A DNA stretch of 64,000 nt from the human T2T-CHM13v2.0 reference genome, Homo sapiens. The notes under the pieces were generated by a model that made no database searches, had not been told where the DNA came from, and saw nothing but the letters and a program-made list of their open reading frames with translations. Positions 13,905 to 27,213 of the stretch are shown here, piece by piece. The position numbers and the translations under genes are program-made. The stretch's first letter is position 1, and the number at the start of each line of letters is the position of its first letter. The DNA lies in assembly GCF_009914755.1 (NCBI RefSeq), contig NC_060948.1, one strand, 5' to 3'.

Positions 13905-16216
13905 AGAGTTAATTAACTCTTTTTAAAGCCTGTAGATACAGTAATAGTTTCATGTATTAAAACAGGGAAAATAGGATTTTTGGTGCTAGTTGCTCTCACC
14001 AGAAATAATCATAACTTAAAAGTTATGATTTAAACTGCTCTTTATGTCAAATTAAATTTTCATTTTTCTACCTCATGTTATGGATGAGGTATGTATTTTT
14101 AAATGTATTTTCATGCTTATTGTACTTCTGTGAGAAAATGCAGACTTAAATTCATATCATAGTTATCTTTCAGTTTTACCTGTCTGTTCCAAAAGGTTCA
14201 CAGAAATAAAGAATTCCATTTATGCTTGTATCTTTCAGCAACCTTATTTCAGATAACGGTGCACATTACTACAGATAGCACATAGACAGGTCCAAAGGGA
14301 GAAGAAGAAGAAGAAATCAAGTTTTTAAGTCTATATATTTGTAACACTGAATCAGAAACTCAGTAGTCATAGTGAAATCAAAAAATGATCTTAGTCAATT
14401 TCATCTCATACCTAGACTGAAATATGAATCTTCAAAAGAAAAGAAAGTTCAGAACTTTAGGCTTATCAAAATTTTTCTATATAGATAAAATTATTGGTGA
14501 CTTTCTCTCACTAGAAAATGTAAATAAAAATCCATGCTTTGATTATATGTAAATAAAAATATTTTTATTTATATCACATGACTTATGCAAGCAAGTAGTA
14601 AAGTGAAAGTACAATAATAAAATGATATAAGGAAATTTCTCTGTGTCAAAAAATTCCATTGAGGTTATTAATTTTAGAAAAACCATAGAGAATGCTTCAT
14701 GAAACTACATTATACAGTGCCTTTTAGTATTTTACTTACATTTTAAATAATCAACAAATGAAAGGAAATTTTTAATCATTATTTATTACCAATAACATTA
14801 TTCCACTCAAATAAGTCTTTTGAGTTAAATATTTTAAATAAAACATTAAAAACAAATTGTATTGACTGCTGTCAGCTTTTGATGAAATAATACTTCTTTA
14901 TTTGTAGTCATGTGAGGTATAACTTTCTTTTCACAGTAGATCTTTTATAACACCAGTGGTATTGTTTTCTCTGATACAAACCTTGTGATATCTCACAGCT
15001 TTTCTGTATCCATACATTACATGCCTCCAGAGAGTAGGCTTCAGATAGAAAAATTATATTTGTGATGAAATTCTAGGAAAGGGAATGGTAAAATGGGAGA
15101 ATAATTTCTAAATTTCTAACTGTTCATCAATGGATTTGGATATATTTAGATATAGACAAATATTTGCACACTGCAAGTTTGCACATGTGTATAAAAATTT
15201 ATATGAGATACCCATAATGTATGGGTTGTATAATCTTTTAATTATACGTGTGGGAAATTTGATAAGCATTTATCCTTATCAAATACTCAATTTGAAGTAC
15301 TATACTCAATTTGATGTAAAGCCAACAAAATCTCTGTCAACATTCACTTCAATTAATCCAGTAATTTTACCTGCTGATAGCTTCATTATCTTTTTCCCCT
15401 GTTGGCAGCCTGAAAGTTGATTTTCACACTAATTCAGTGCTCAGTTTGCCGTCCATAAGAGACTAGCACCTTGCTGTGGATTGTGACCTCTGACTCCAAC
15501 ACTTTCGTCTTTTAACAGTCCTAACTTTGCATACCTAATGAACTTTGTACATGGTTTAAAAAAAGTTGAGTGAAATGTCAGGCCATGCTGTGAAATACTC
15601 TATTGTTTCTATATCTCTAATTGAACTTTCAGGTTGTAGAGAACAAGAAAAACAATTCAATACATTTCTTAGTATCCAGTCCAATGCACCATTTCTTATT
15701 ACTACCAAACTATTCCTTCAAGGCACTGATATCTAAACACAGCTAGATATATCAAAATCTCTTCTCATTAATAACCATTATGTTAATCACTCTTGCCCAG
15801 ACCTCCACTCTGACTGTGAAATCCTCAGGTGGAAATTGCTGTAATGGTTCACACTATGGGAATGACTATTTTTTGGCATAATTACTGCTGTCCAACTTAC
15901 TGTAGAATATCACATTAAATGGCAGCTCTTAGATACATAAATCCTGTTCATTAATTTTTAACGTCCAACATTTATGGTATTGCACAAGTAAAAATCTTTG
16001 ATAACGTAAATGGTTAGCTGAGCAATGGCTAAAATACATCATAGCAATTCAAACATTCATTTACTTAACTAGAAGGGTGATAGCTCATTAACTCCTGATG
16101 AAAACAAAGTTGGGAAATTGCACGTGTTGAATTGGTCACGAAATTATGTATTTCAGGGTATTTTATAAAACTATCCCTGCTATGTACGATGCCTCACCTG
16201 CAAGCATAAAGCTTTA

Positions 16217-16285
16217 GTATATGTATGTATATATATAGATAGATAGCATACAGATAGATAGATAGATACAGATATAGATAGAGAT
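16217..16285. repeat. Compound (TA)n/(GATA)n microsatellite
   Basis: tatatagatagatag...gatagatagatac. Confidence 0.85.
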
Positions 16286-16574
16286 AGAGGTATAGATACA
16301 CACATAATGTGTTTTGGCTCTTAATGTCTCTCTACATTTGTCTTCATAACCTCAACACAAAACCACCCATGTACTTGACTTTCAGGTCAGTTGTCTACCA
16401 GTTATTAGGGTTTAAGTAAACAAAATAAAGATTTCAAAACATGGTGACCAAATATGAGAAATCACACTCTCCCCATAAGAAATAATTATTCTCAAGTGAC
16501 ACTGCAAATGCAAAATTAAAAGAAGAAATTAAGTCTAACATATTGCAGGATTCTAAAATCTAAAATTTCCTGTT

Positions 16575-16878
16575 GGAGGTCTGGTGGTTCATGCCTGGAA
16601 TCAAAGCTCTTTGGGAGTCTGAGAAGGAAGGATTGCTTCAAGCCCAGAATTCCAGACCAGCACAGGCAACATAGCAAGATCTACTTCTACAAATGTAACT
16701 AATTAATTAATTAATTAAATTGGGCATGATGGCACACATCTGTTGTTCTATTTACTCATGAGTTCAAGGTTGCAGTGAGCTGTGATTGCACACTGCACTT
16801 CAGCCTGAGCCACGGGGCAAGACGTTGTCTCTACAAAATAATTCAATATAACAAAACAAAGTAAATTAAAATAAAAAC
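16575..16878 (+). mobile_element. Old Alu (AluJ-like) with internal deletion
   Basis: ggtggttcatgcctggaatc...gagttcaaggttgcagtgagctgtgattgca...; (TTAA)n linker. Confidence 0.8.
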
Positions 16879-17059
16879 ACTTTCAGGTGTTTTTTGGAAG
16901 TTTGTATAATTGCTCCAAAGCATAGATATTGTTTAAAGTTGAGCAATTCATGGGGAACAGGCAGTGAATATTGTTTATATCATTTTCCAGGAATTAGGGT
17001 AAATATGTTAGAAGATTATATATAAATATCTAATAAGCTTTGGTATAAAAAATATTGAC

Positions 17060-17435
17060 AAATGTCAAGCGATTGTGTTTATAGACACTTTCTTCAAAAT
17101 ATTCATAGTTTAATTGGAGAATGAAGAGAAGAGAAATAATTGCAATATACTCTGACAAGTGTTACAACAGATACAATTTAGTAACGGAGTTGGAGAGGAA
17201 GGAAGTTCTCAACTGGGTTTACAAGGGTTTGGGGAACCTTCTTAGGGCAAGAAGAATTGATGGCACCTGTAAGTATTCCAATTTGGAAGCAGAAAGTTTG
17301 GGAGAAAAACACTATAGAAAAAAAAAACATTCTATCAATGATAGAAGTACTAACAGTGCATATGATGCCATCTGCCAAATTCTTAGACCATACTAGCTCA
17401 ATAAATATTTCTTGAATGAATCCATGAATGGAAGA
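17060..17435. mobile_element. Possible L2 remnants
   Basis: gctcaataaatatttcttgaatgaat resembles an L2 3' end; heavily degraded. Confidence 0.4.
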
Positions 17436-18081
17436 TATTGGAAAAAGTGTTCTGGAAGAGATTTTCAAAATCCTATTAAGGAAAGGTAAATACCATGTAC
17501 TTTACAATTTTGCCTGCGTTTCTTTACGTTTTGTTATGTTTACAACCTCATAAGCTCTGTTTTATTTTTTGGTCTTTTCCCTAATATCATGTATGAATCT
17601 TTCCTGAGACTACTTATCTCTTGATCCTTTGACACTATGTTTGTCTCTGATACTCCTTTGTGTGAGGTCCTGGATTTGTATTCCCACAGCTACATCACTC
17701 ATCTCTCCCTGGCACTATTCTGTAATAGAGAGGCCTGGCCCCTGGGAGGCAGTGTTCCTAGGCTCCCATAAAAATTACTGTTTCAGATCAGTCAAGGGGT
17801 GACTCTGCAGAGATTAGAGAACAAGAAGATTACAGAAGCCTGTTTGTTTCCCACTCCTTTTCAGTAGGGAATGTTTCCACAATGATTCCATGCCTGCAGT
17901 AATGCTCTCTGTGTTTCCATTTTCCATGGAGTGGCCCTAATCCTAGACTGGCTTTTCTGATGCCATTTTCTCCAATTATCTTCTCTAAAGGATTTGGGTA
18001 CTATTTTTGGAATTTTAAATTTTAAAAAATATTGATATGGAAGGGGGTCAGTGAAGTGCCTCTTAGAGGAGGGTGTGGTTC

Positions 18082-18726
18082 TGAGAGGTGAAGCTGGCTG
18101 GGCTTCCGGGTCTGATGGGGACTTGGAGAACTTTTGTGTCTAGCTGAAGGATTGTAAACACACCAGTCAGCACTATGTGTCTAGCTAAAGGTTTGTAAAT
18201 GCACCAATCAGTGCTGTTTCTAGCTAATTGGGTGAGGACTTGGAGAACTTTTCTGTCTAGCTAAAGGATTATAAATGCACCAATCAGCACTCTGTCAAAA
18301 TGAATCAATCAGCACTCTGTAAAACAGACCAATCAGCACTCTGTAAAATGGACCAAACAGCTCTCTGTAAATTGGACCAATCAGCAGGATGTGTGCCAGA
18401 CCAAATAAGGGAATAAAAGCAGGCCACCTGAGCCAGCAGCCACAACCCACTCAGGTCCCCTTCCCCGCTGTGGAAGTTTTGTTCTTTCACTCTTCACAAT
18501 AAATCTTGCTGCTGCTCACTCTTTGGGTCCACGCTGCCTTTATGAGCTGTAACACTCACCATGAAGGTCTGCAGCTTCACTCCTGAAGTCAGCAGGACCA
18601 CAAACCCATTGGGAGGAATGAACAACTCTGGACATGCCACCTTTATGAACTGTATCACTCACCATGAAGGTCCGCAGCTTTACTTCTGAAGTCAGCTAGA
18701 CCACGAACCCACCCATTCTGGACGCA
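18082..18726 (+). promoter_or_regulatory. 5' LTR12 with tandem CCAAT (NF-Y type) repeats
   Basis: tgagaggtgaagctggctgggc start, repeated caccaatcagcactctg units, aataaa, ends ttctggacgca. Confidence 0.88.
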
Positions 18727-18729
18727 CTT

Positions 18730-18747
18730 TGGCTACCACAAAGGGAA
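18730..18747 (+). other. Primer binding site (tRNA-Arg type, degenerate)
   Basis: tggctaccacaaagggaa just after the 5' LTR; ERV9 uses a tRNA-Arg primer. Confidence 0.65.
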
Positions 18748-19828
18748 CATCGCCTATCACCAAGCAGTGAGATTATCACCTATCGACAAGTGGTGAGTAC
18801 CATCAGATCACTTTTACTTGCTATTCTGTCCTATTTTTCCTTAGAATTCAGGGGCTAAATACTGGGCACCTGTCAGCCAGTTAAAATTGACTAGTGCAGC
18901 CATGAGACTAAAGACATGGGTGTCAGGCTTTCTGGGAAATGACTCTCTAACAATCCCCAACTCTTTGGAGTTGGGAACGTTGGTTTGTCTGGAGCCAGCT
19001 TCCACCTTTCCTGTACTTCTGGGCTGAGCCAGCGGTCAAGAGAGAGGAAAGCCATTCATCTCTGGGGTCCTGACAACAAGTTGGTTGACCCTGCAGCCAT
19101 GAGTTGAACTCTCCAAGGCATGTTGCCCAAGTGAGACTCGCCCATCTACCCATCTGTTCTGACCCTTGCCCCCTGGGTCCTCACATCTGCCAGACAAACT
19201 TCCTTTCACCTCTCCTCTCCCAGGATAGCCCCACTTCTAAAAACCACTGCCAGTCTCTGGAACTTTTCTAGTTTCTCCTATAAGAAAAATTTCTAGTATA
19301 AACTCCAGGACTCTATTCCCTTCTTTAGGCACATGGGCTTACCAATCAGAGAGACATATTTTTTTCCCAAAGCACCATTGTAGGGGGAATTATCTGGGAT
19401 TTTAGGATCCCTCCTCAGACTAGCAGGCCTAGCAAAAGCTATTCCTGAAGCTAGGATATGGGGAGCCTCAGAAATTGTATCCTTCCTATTCATATAAGTG
19501 AGGATAAAAGGTGTCATTTCCAACCCCGGAGATCCCTTCTTCCCTCCACTTCATTTTTGGGAATAGCATCTTTATAGGACATGGGTATGTTCCCAATACT
19601 AACAGAAGAATGCTAAGGACTCTAACAGTTTTTCTAGAATATGTCAGTAAGGGCCACTAAGTCTGAACTTCCTTGGTCCTCCTTGTGGTCTGGGAGGAAA
19701 ACTTGTGTTTCTGCTGCTGCATCAATCAGCACAACTATTCCTGTCAGCAGGGTCCAGGAACCATTGCAGGTTCTTGGGCAGGGAGAGAAACAAAACAAAC
19801 CAGAACTGCAGGTGGTTTTGTCTTTCAG

Positions 19829-21168
19829 ATTGGAAACATTCAGGCATCAACAGGCTTACCCTTGAAATATATCCTTAGCCATTGGGACCAATTTGACCCA
19901 CAAAACCTGAAAAAGAGGCAGCTCATTTTTCTCTGCACTATGGCCTGGCCCCAATATTCTTCTTTTCATTGAAGTAGAATACACAATTATGCAAAGCTTG
20001 TAATTTACATCCCACAGGAGGACCTTTCAGCTTACTCCCATATACTAGCCTCCCTATGGCTCCCCTTCCTATTAATGATAAGCTTCCTCTAATCTCCTCT
20101 GCTCAGAAGGAAATAAGCAAAGAAATCTCCAAAGGACTACAAAAATCCCCAGACTATTAGTTATGTCCTCTTCAAGCTGTAGGGGGAGGGGAATTTGGCC
20201 CAACCCAAGTACATGTCCCCTTCTCCATCTCTGATTTAAATCAGATAAAGGAAGACCTGGGGAAGTTTTTGGAAGTTTCAAATAGGTACATAGATGTCCT
20301 ACAGGGTCTAGGGCAAACCTTTGATCTTGCTTTCAGAGATGTCATGCTATTGTTAGATCAATCCCTGGCCTTCAATGAAAAGAATGCAGCTTACCTGCAG
20401 CCCGAGAGTTTGGAGATACCTGGTATCTTAGTCAAGTAAATGATAGAATGACAGCGGGGGAAAGGGACAAATCTTCTACTGGTCAGTAAGCCATCCCCAG
20501 TATGGATCCCCACTGAGGCCTTGACTCAGATCATGGGGACTGCGGTCATAAACATCTGTTAACCTGTGTTCTAAAAGGATTAAGGAGAATTAGGAAAAAG
20601 ACCATGCATTATTCAATGATGTCCACCATAACTCAGAGAAAGGAAGAAAATCAGTCTGCCTTCCTTGAGTGGCTATGGGAGGCCTTAAGAAAATATTCTC
20701 CCCTGTTACCTGAATTACTCAAGGGTCAATTGATTCTAAGAGATAAATTTATTACCCAATCAGACCCAGATATCAGTAGAAAGCTCCGAAAGCAAGCCTG
20801 GGCCTGGAGCAAAATCTGGAGGCATTATTAAACCTGGTTCCTCGATGTTTTATAATAGGGGCCAAGAGGAACAGGCCCAAAAGGAAAAGCAAGATCAGAG
20901 AAAGGCCACAGCCTTAGTCATGGCCCTCGGAGAGACAAACTTTTGTGGTTCAGAGAGGACAGAAAATGCAGCAGGCCAGTCAGCTGGTAGGGCTTGTTAT
21001 CAGTGTGGTTTACAAGGACACTTTATAAAAGGTTCTCCAATGAGAAACAAGCCACCCCCTTTTCCATGTCTGCTATGCTGAGACAATCACTGGAAGGCAC
21101 ACTGCCCTAGAGTGTAACAATTCTCTGGGCCAGAAGCCCCCAACCAGATGACCCAACAACAGGACTGA
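19829..21168 (+). pseudogene. gag: HERV9 gag remnant
   Basis: GNIQASTGLPLKYILSHWDQFDPQ; MHR-like TQRKEENQSAFLEWL; zinc knuckle CYQCGLQGHFIKG; multiple stops and frameshifts. Confidence 0.85.
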
Positions 21169-24100
21169 ATTTGCCTCAGGCAAGCACCAGCTTATGTCAT
21201 CACCCTCACTGAGCCCCAGGTACATTTAACCATTGAGGACCAGGAAATTGATTTCCTCCTAGACACTGGCACAGCCTTCTCAGTGTTAATCTTCTGTCCT
21301 GGACGACTGTCATCAAGGTCCGTTACCATCCAAGGAATCCTGGGACAGCCTGTAACCAGGTATTTCTCCAATCTCCTCAGGTGTAATTGGGAGAGCTTAC
21401 TCTTTTCACATGCCCTTCTTGTTATGTCTGAAAGTCCCACACCCTTATTAGGGAAGGATATATTAGCCAAAGCTGGAGCTATTATCTGCATGACTATGGG
21501 GATCAAGTTACCCATTTGTTGTCTACTACTTGAGGAGGGAATCAACCCTGAATCCTGGGGATTGGAAGGACAATTTGGAAGCAGAAAAAAATGCTCACCC
21601 AGTCCAAATCAGGCTAAAAGACACCAGCACTTTTGCTTATCAAAGCAATATCCCTTAAGGCCTGAATCTCAAAAAGGATTACAGGATATTGCTAAACATT
21701 TAAAAGCTCAATCGAGCCTTAGTAAGGAAATGCAGCAGTCCCTGCAACACCCCAATTCTAGGAGTACAAGAAAATGAATGGTCATTGGAGACTAGTGCAG
21801 GATCTTAGACTCATCAAGGAGGTAGTAATCTCTCTATATCCAGTTGTACCCAAACTCTATAACCTGCTGCCTCAAATACCAGAGGAAGCAGAATAGTTCA
21901 CTGTTCTGAACTTCAAGGATGCCTTCTTCTATATTCCCCTGCACTCTGACTCCCAGCTTGTCTTTGCCTTTGAGGATAGCAGGGACCACACATCCCACCT
22001 TTTGTGGACAGTCTTGCCCCAAGTGTTTAGGTATAGCACACATCTGTTTGGTCAGGCACTGTCCCAAGATCTAGGCCACTTCTTAAATCCAGTCACTCTG
22101 GTCCTTCAATATGTGGATGATTTACTTTTGGCTACTAGTTTGGAAGCCTCATACCAGCAGGCTACTCTAGATCTCTTGAACTTTATAGCTAATCAAGAGT
22201 ACAAGGCATCTAAGTTGAAGGCCCAGCTTTGCCTACAGCAGGTCAAATATCTAGGCCTAATATTATCCAGAGGAACCAGGGCCCTCAGCAAGGAATGAAG
22301 ACAGCCTATACTGACTTATCCTCACATTGAAACATTAAAACAGTTGTGGGGGTTCCTTGGAATCACCAGCTTTTGCCAACTATGGATCCCCAGATACAGT
22401 GAGATAGCCATAACCATCTGTACTCTAAGCAAGAAGACCCAGATGGCAAATATTCATCTACTAGAGTGGGAACCAGGGGAAGAAACAGCCTTCAAAACCT
22501 TAAAGCATGCCCTAGTAAAAGCTCCAGCTTTAAGCATTCCCACAGGACAAAACTTCTCTTTATACCTCACAGAGAGAGCAGGGCTAGTCCTTACTCAGAC
22601 TCATGGGGCAACCCTACAACCAGTGGCACACCTAAGTAAGGAAATTGATGCAGTAGCAAAAGGCTGGCCTCAATGTTTAAGGGTAGTTGCAGTGGTGGCT
22701 GTCTTAGTGTCAGAGGATACCAAAATAATACAAGGAAAGGATCTCACTGTTTGGAGTACTCATGATGTAAATGGCACACTAGGTGCCAAAGGAAGTTTAT
22801 GACTATCAGACAACCACATATTTATATACAAGGCACCACTCCTTTAGGGACTGCTGCATCAAATAAGTATATGTGCAGCCCTCATTCCTGTCACTTTTCT
22901 CCCTGAGCATGAGGAACCAATCGACCACGACTGCCAACAAATTATGGTCCAGATTTATGCCACCTGAGATGATCTCTTAGAAGTCCCCTAAGCTAATCCT
23001 GACCTTACCTTATATACCAATGAAAGTTCATTTGTGGAGAATGGGATGCAAAGGGCAGGATATGCCATAGTTAGTGATGTAACTGTACTTGAAAGTAAGC
23101 CTCTTCCCCCAAGGACCAGCACCCAGTTAGCAGAACTAGTGGCACTTACCTGAGCCTTAGAACTGGGAAAAGGAAAAAGAATAAATGTGTGTACAGATAG
23201 CAAGTATCTTTATCTAATCCTACATACCCCTGCTGCAATATGGAAAGAAAGATAGTTCCTAACCTCTTGGGCAATCCCCATTAAATACCACACGTTAATT
23301 ATGGAGTTATTTCATGCAGTGCAAAACCCAAGGAGGTGACAGTCTTACACTGCCAAGGCCATCAGAAAGGTGAAGAAGAAAAGGCAGAAGGAAACCATCA
23401 GGCAGATGCTGAGGCTAAAATTGCTGCCAGGTGGAACCTCCCATTAGAAATACCTATGGAAGGACGCTTGGTATAGAACAACCCCCTGCAAGAGATTAAG
23501 CCCCAGTATTCCCCAAATGAAACAGAATGGGGACTTTCACAGGGGCATAGTTTTCTCCCTTCAGGGTGGTTAACGACAGAAGAAGGAAAGGTACTTATGT
23601 CCGAAGCCAGCCAGTGGAAAATATTTAAAACCCTCCACCAAACTTTTCATATGGGTTTTGAAAACACTCATCAAATGGCCAAATCCCTATTTACAGGGCC
23701 AAATCTCCCCCAAAACATCTGACAGGTAGTCAAATCCTATGAGGTAGGCCAAAGGAATAATCCCTTCATCCATCATAAGGCCCCTTAGGGGGAACAAAGA
23801 ATAGGTCGCTATCTTGAAGAGGACTGCAAGAAACTCATCTCCCATGGCCTACTCTTTTTCCCATGGCCTTGTTGAGATTCCAAAATTCTCCTCACAAAAC
23901 GAGATCCAGTTCATATGAAATGCTCTGTGGACAATCTTTTCTCACAAATTACCTCCTACCTGATCAGAAAATGGCCAACTTGGTCAAAGATATAACTTCT
24001 TTGGCAAAATATCAACAAAACCTTAAAAACCTACCTAAAGGATGTCACAGAGAAAAGGGAACAGAGTTGTTTCAACCAGGAAATCTTGTGTTGGTCAAAT

Positions 24101-24415
24101 TTCTCCTCTCTACCTCCCCAGCTATGGACTCTTTGTGGGAAGGGCCATACTTGGTAATCCTCTCTACCCCCACTGCAGTTAAGGTGGCAGCAGTGGGATC
24201 TTGGATTCACCAGACCTGAGTTAAATTTTGGACATCTCCTGAGAAACCTGCAGGACCATCAGCTCAGGAGTCCCAAGATCAGACAGACCAGCCTCGATAC
24301 ACTTGTGAACTGTTGGAGGACTTGCATGTCCTATTTTGGAAGGAAACATCCCAGACTAAAAAGCTCCTACCACTGATCCTGAGGAAAAATCCCTTCCTCC
24401 TTAAAAAAGATAAGT
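21169..24415 (+). pseudogene. pol: HERV9 pro-pol remnant with integrase core deleted
   Basis: Protease FLLDTGTAFSVL; RT LPQVF and YVDD (22110-22121); RNase H; integrase C-terminal WEGPY; many stops. Confidence 0.88.
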
Positions 24416-24454
24416 GAAAACCTACATAATCTTTAACACCTCTCCTTCCCCTTT

Positions 24455-26460
24455 AATGGAATCATTTTACTAATTTATCATATTATTAAGCAGCATATTA
24501 ACCATACTCTTTGTGATAGGACTATATACTGTAGCTCCTTATGGGATGAAAATCCTAATCACATCAACCTTCTTTCTATCTTCCTTCCCTATGACAGCAA
24601 TTTATTCCTACCTTTAACTCAGCCTAGATAAAACGATCTCATCTTCTAGAGCACCCTCTTTACCTTCCTATTTACTCTTTACCTATCTATCCTTCCTGCT
24701 TCCTTGGGTACCTCATACAATCTCTCCTCCCTTTCCACTAGCTCTTAGTTACCTCTAAAAGACTCTCAACTTAATCCACTGTCTGTTAAACCAGCCCAAT
24801 CATTCCCTGGCAAATGACTCTTGGCTTTGTATCTATCTGTCCACCTCTGTTTATGTTGCCACTCCCATTCCCACAAAAAAAACTAGGTCTTTACCAACTG
24901 AACCTACCACCCTCCTTATGAAGGAAAAGACTATTTCTGACTTCAAAATTTGCAATCATTAGCCAATTTCCCCATCTCTGATAGGACCAAGAATACCCTA
25001 ACAGGACTTGCAATCCAACTTTTACGCTCTTACATTTCCAAACTCACCTATTACCCAAGCAATGAAAAGGCCACACGGGGCTCTGTAATTATAAATACCA
25101 TCTTAGCTCTCCAAGCCCCTTTATGCGTCCAGCGCAACCTGTTATCAGGCTTGGTCCTGGGGCACCAACTACCCCATCATTGTAATTACACCCTACAACT
25201 TCAAGCCCCAACTGATCATAGTAACTTCCTAGTCACCCAAAGAGCTCCATTCAGATGGCTTGTCCACTTCTCAGCACCCTCAAATATCATCACCTCCTCC
25301 CTGCTTAACAAACAGTCCAGGTTTTGTAATGGCACACATACTCTGTGCATGACCAATCACCCCTAGACCCCCCACAGCAGTGACCCCACCACTATTGAAT
25401 GCCTTCTCATCCCCTCTTTCAGTAATTATTTATAGTAGATATAAAATGGTTTTTTCTCTAGTGGGAAAATAGAACACAGGGAGCAACTCAGTTTCTCGCA
25501 ACAGCCCTTTCCAGCCACTCACCAGAGCTACCTTGACAAGTACCCTAGGAGTATGGGAAAATGAAAACAACAAGTTCACACACGTTTTTAAGAAACTCAC
25601 ACACCTTTTTAACATACACAACAAGTTCCTTCTACCCAGCCAATGTATATTCTTCTTATGTGGAATGTCGACCTATATCTGCCTCCCCGCTAACTGGACA
25701 GTCACCTGCAACTTAGTCTTTCTAAGTCCCAACATTAACATTACCCCAGGAAATCAGACCCTATCAGTACCCCTCAAAGCTCAATTGCATCAGTGCAGAG
25801 CCATAAACTAATACCCCTACTTATAGGATTAGGAATGGCTACTGCTACAGGAACCAGAATAGCCAGTTTATTTACTGCATTATCCTAATACCACACATTC
25901 TCAAAGGATTTCTCAGACAGTTGGCAAGAAATAATGAAATCTATCCTTATTTTACAATCCCAAATCAATTCTTTGGCAGCAGTGACTCTCCAAAACCGCC
26001 AAAGCCTAGACCTCCTCACTGCTGAGAAAGGAGGACTCTGCACCTTCTTAGGGGAAGAGTGTTGTTTTCACACTAGCCAGTCAGGGATAATATGAGATGC
26101 CACCCAGTTTTTACAGGAAAAGTCTTCTGAAATCAGACAATGCATTTCAAACTCTTATACCAACTTCTGGAGTTGGGCAACATGGCTTCTCCTCTTTCTA
26201 GGTCCCATAGCAGCCATCTTGCTGTTACTCGCCTTTGGGCCCTGTATTTTTAACCTTCTTCTCAAATGCTTTTCCTCTAGAATCGAGGCCATCAAGCTAC
26301 AGATGGTCTTACAAATGGAACCCTAAATGAGTTCAACTAACAACTTCTACCGAGGACCCCTGAATCAACCCACTGACCCTTCCATTTCCTAAGAGTTCCC
26401 CTCTGGAGGACACTAGAATTGAAGGGTCCCTTCTTCACCCCTATCCAGCAGGAAGTAGCT
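24455..26460 (+). pseudogene. env: HERV9 env remnant
   Basis: CLPANWTVTC; immunosuppressive domain LQNRQSLDLLTAEKGGLCTFLGEECCF near 25988-26070; TM segment. Confidence 0.85.
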
Positions 26461-26519
26461 ACAGTAGTCATCGGCCAAATTCCCAACAGCAGTTGGGGTG
26501 TCCAGTTTAGAAGGGGGAT

Positions 26520-27213
26520 TGAAAGGTGAAGCTAGCTGGGCTTCTGGGTCAGGTGGGGACTTGGAGAACTTTTGTATCTAGCTAAAGGATTGTACATGCA
26601 CCAATCATCACTCTGTGTTTAGTTTAAGGTTTGTAAATGCACCAATCAGTGCTCTGTGTCTAGCTAATTGGGTGGTGACTTGGAGAACTTTTCTGTATAG
26701 CTAAAGGATTGCAAATGTGCCAATCAGCACTGTATATTTAGCTAAAGATTTGTGAACACACCAATCAGCACTGTGCAAAAATGAATCAATCAGTGCTCTG
26801 TAAAATGGACCATTCAGCTCTCTGTAAATTGGACTAATCAGCAGGATGTGGGTGGGGCAAAATAAGGAAATAAAAGCAGGCCACCTGAGCCATCAGTGAC
26901 AACCAACTCAGGTCGCCTTCCACATTGTGGAAGCTCTGTTCTTTCACTCTTTGAAATAAACCTTGCTGCTGCTCACTCTTTTGGTCCATGTCGCCTTTAT
27001 GAGCTGTAACACTCACTGGCAAGTTCTGCAGCTTCACTCCTGAAGTCAGTGAGAGAATGAATCTACCAGAAGGAAGAAACACCAGACACATCCAAATATC
27101 AGAAGGAAGAAACCCTGGACACACCATCTTTAAGAACTGTAACACTCACTGCTAGAGTCTGCAGCATCATTCTTGAAGTCAGCAAGACCAAGAACCCACC
27201 AATTCCAGACACA
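26520..27213 (+). promoter_or_regulatory. 3' LTR12
   Basis: Follows PPT agaaggggga; homologous to 18082-18726; ends ttccagacaca. Confidence 0.88.

Larger units (their letters stand above)
18082..27213 (+). mobile_element. HERV9 provirus with two LTR12-family LTRs (defective)
   Basis: TG...CA LTRs, TSD GTTC (18078-18081 and 27214-27217), PBS, gag-pro-pol-env remnants, polypurine tract before the 3' LTR. Confidence 0.93.

Noticed and set aside
18120-18390. Regularly spaced short repeats resembling a CRISPR array
   Set aside because: Internal CCAAT-containing tandem repeats of LTR12 in a mammalian context; no unique spacers or cas genes
24950-26400. Possible domesticated (syncytin-like) env
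   Set aside because: Multiple stops and frameshifts; longest fragment is 138 aa
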